Positions 63,431 through 64,000 of a DNA stretch of 64,000 bases are shown here, piece by piece; position 1 is the stretch's first letter, and each line of letters starts with the position of its first letter. The DNA comes from an uncultured Gemmatimonadales bacterium (GTDB taxonomy: Bacteria; Gemmatimonadota; Gemmatimonadetes; Longimicrobiales; RSA9), in assembly GCA_963798085.1 (NCBI GenBank), contig CAWCRS010000007.1:1849029-1913028 (forward strand). The letters are read 5' to 3'. Under the pieces are notes generated by a model, which was given only the letters and a program-made list of their open reading frames with translations, was not told where the DNA came from and made no database searches. The position numbers and the translations under genes were made by a program.

Positions 63431-63909
63431 ATGAAAGGACTGCGCTTGCTTGGCGTCGCCGTTGCCGCGTGTTTGGCGGTTGGGGCGGTCGCGATCAGTT
63501 TCGGTGGCGGGTGCGAGGCCGCACCATCCACCACCACAAGCCGAAGAAGATCAAGGTCCATACCAGGGTCAAATTCACCTACACGGCCGGCCAGTCGCCG
63601 ACGCCGTTTGACCCGTATCACCCGTACAGCCCGTACAGCCCGTACGGCGAGAACGCATCGTTCACCGGCAAGGTGAAGGCCAAGAAGGGTTGCAACCGGC
63701 GTCGGAGCGTCACGGTCTCGAGTCTCGGCCACACGAGCTCGGAGAAGGACGGGACGTTCGGATATGCCGTCGGGGGGCCCGCGGCCGCGAACGGCGACTA
63801 CCGGGTCCACGTCAAGGGCAAGACGAGGCGTAAGGGTCACGGCAAGCACAAGCGGAAGATCCGCTGCAAGCCGGTGTCCAAGACGCTGACGATCGTCTCG
63901 GCCAGCTGA
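63431..63909 (+). CDS. Small secreted basic protein, frameshifted near 63510
   Basis: Signal peptide MKGLRLLGVAVAACLAVGAVA, then HHHKPKKIKV...PYSPYSPY...FTGKVKAKKGC...CKPVSKTL. Confidence 0.6.
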
Positions 63910-64000
63910 ATTCGTGCGCGGGCCGGCGGTGAGCAATGTGCCCCCGTCGGTCTGCGCCCATGTTTCAGCGGATCAGACTCGGCTAGAGAGGCTCAGATGC

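Noticed and set aside
63612..63647. 9-bp tandem repeat encoding PYHPYSPYSPY
   Set aside because: Short coding microrepeat in the unreliable terminal segment; no further significance can be supported.

Overview
High-GC bacterial chromosomal segment. Positions 1-~59065 look like a Gemmatimonadota-type genome; this is an inference from gene content and protein style, not a database result. It carries a long minus-strand housekeeping run (yebC-ruvC-ruvA-hyp-ruvB-hyp-queA-tgt-yajC-def-fmt-thiE-thiS-thiG-rsmB-PASTA-tlpA-ybbR-tsaD-bamA/tamA). A block of secreted hydrolases and surface proteins follows, then DNA-repair genes (PA0069-type radical SAM, YcaQ-like glycosylase, a split imuA-imuB / dnaE2 cassette, mutS), an EF-G paralogue, rhomboid, ddl, cystathionine beta-synthase and sucA. 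At ~59066 sucA breaks off mid-domain. The last ~5 kb is heavily frameshifted sequence resembling Solirubrobacterales/Thermoleophilia genes, most likely an assembly or read chimera. Isolated frameshifts in def, ruvB, imuB and others are probably long-read indel errors. The most interesting signal is a dispersed, modular ~41-bp repeat family arranged as inverted arms around variable cores at four loci, plus one solo copy. It is translated in frame inside dnaE2 (~100-aa insert) and probably at the Tgt N-terminus. Also notable: a shared promoter/operator motif (candidate SOS box) upstream of imuA and dnaE2, a 250-bp nested inverted-repeat element upstream of imuA, and a 76-bp hairpin-containing tandem repeat upstream of the EF-G paralogue. 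No rRNA, tRNA, bona fide CRISPR array, transposase or integrase was recognised.
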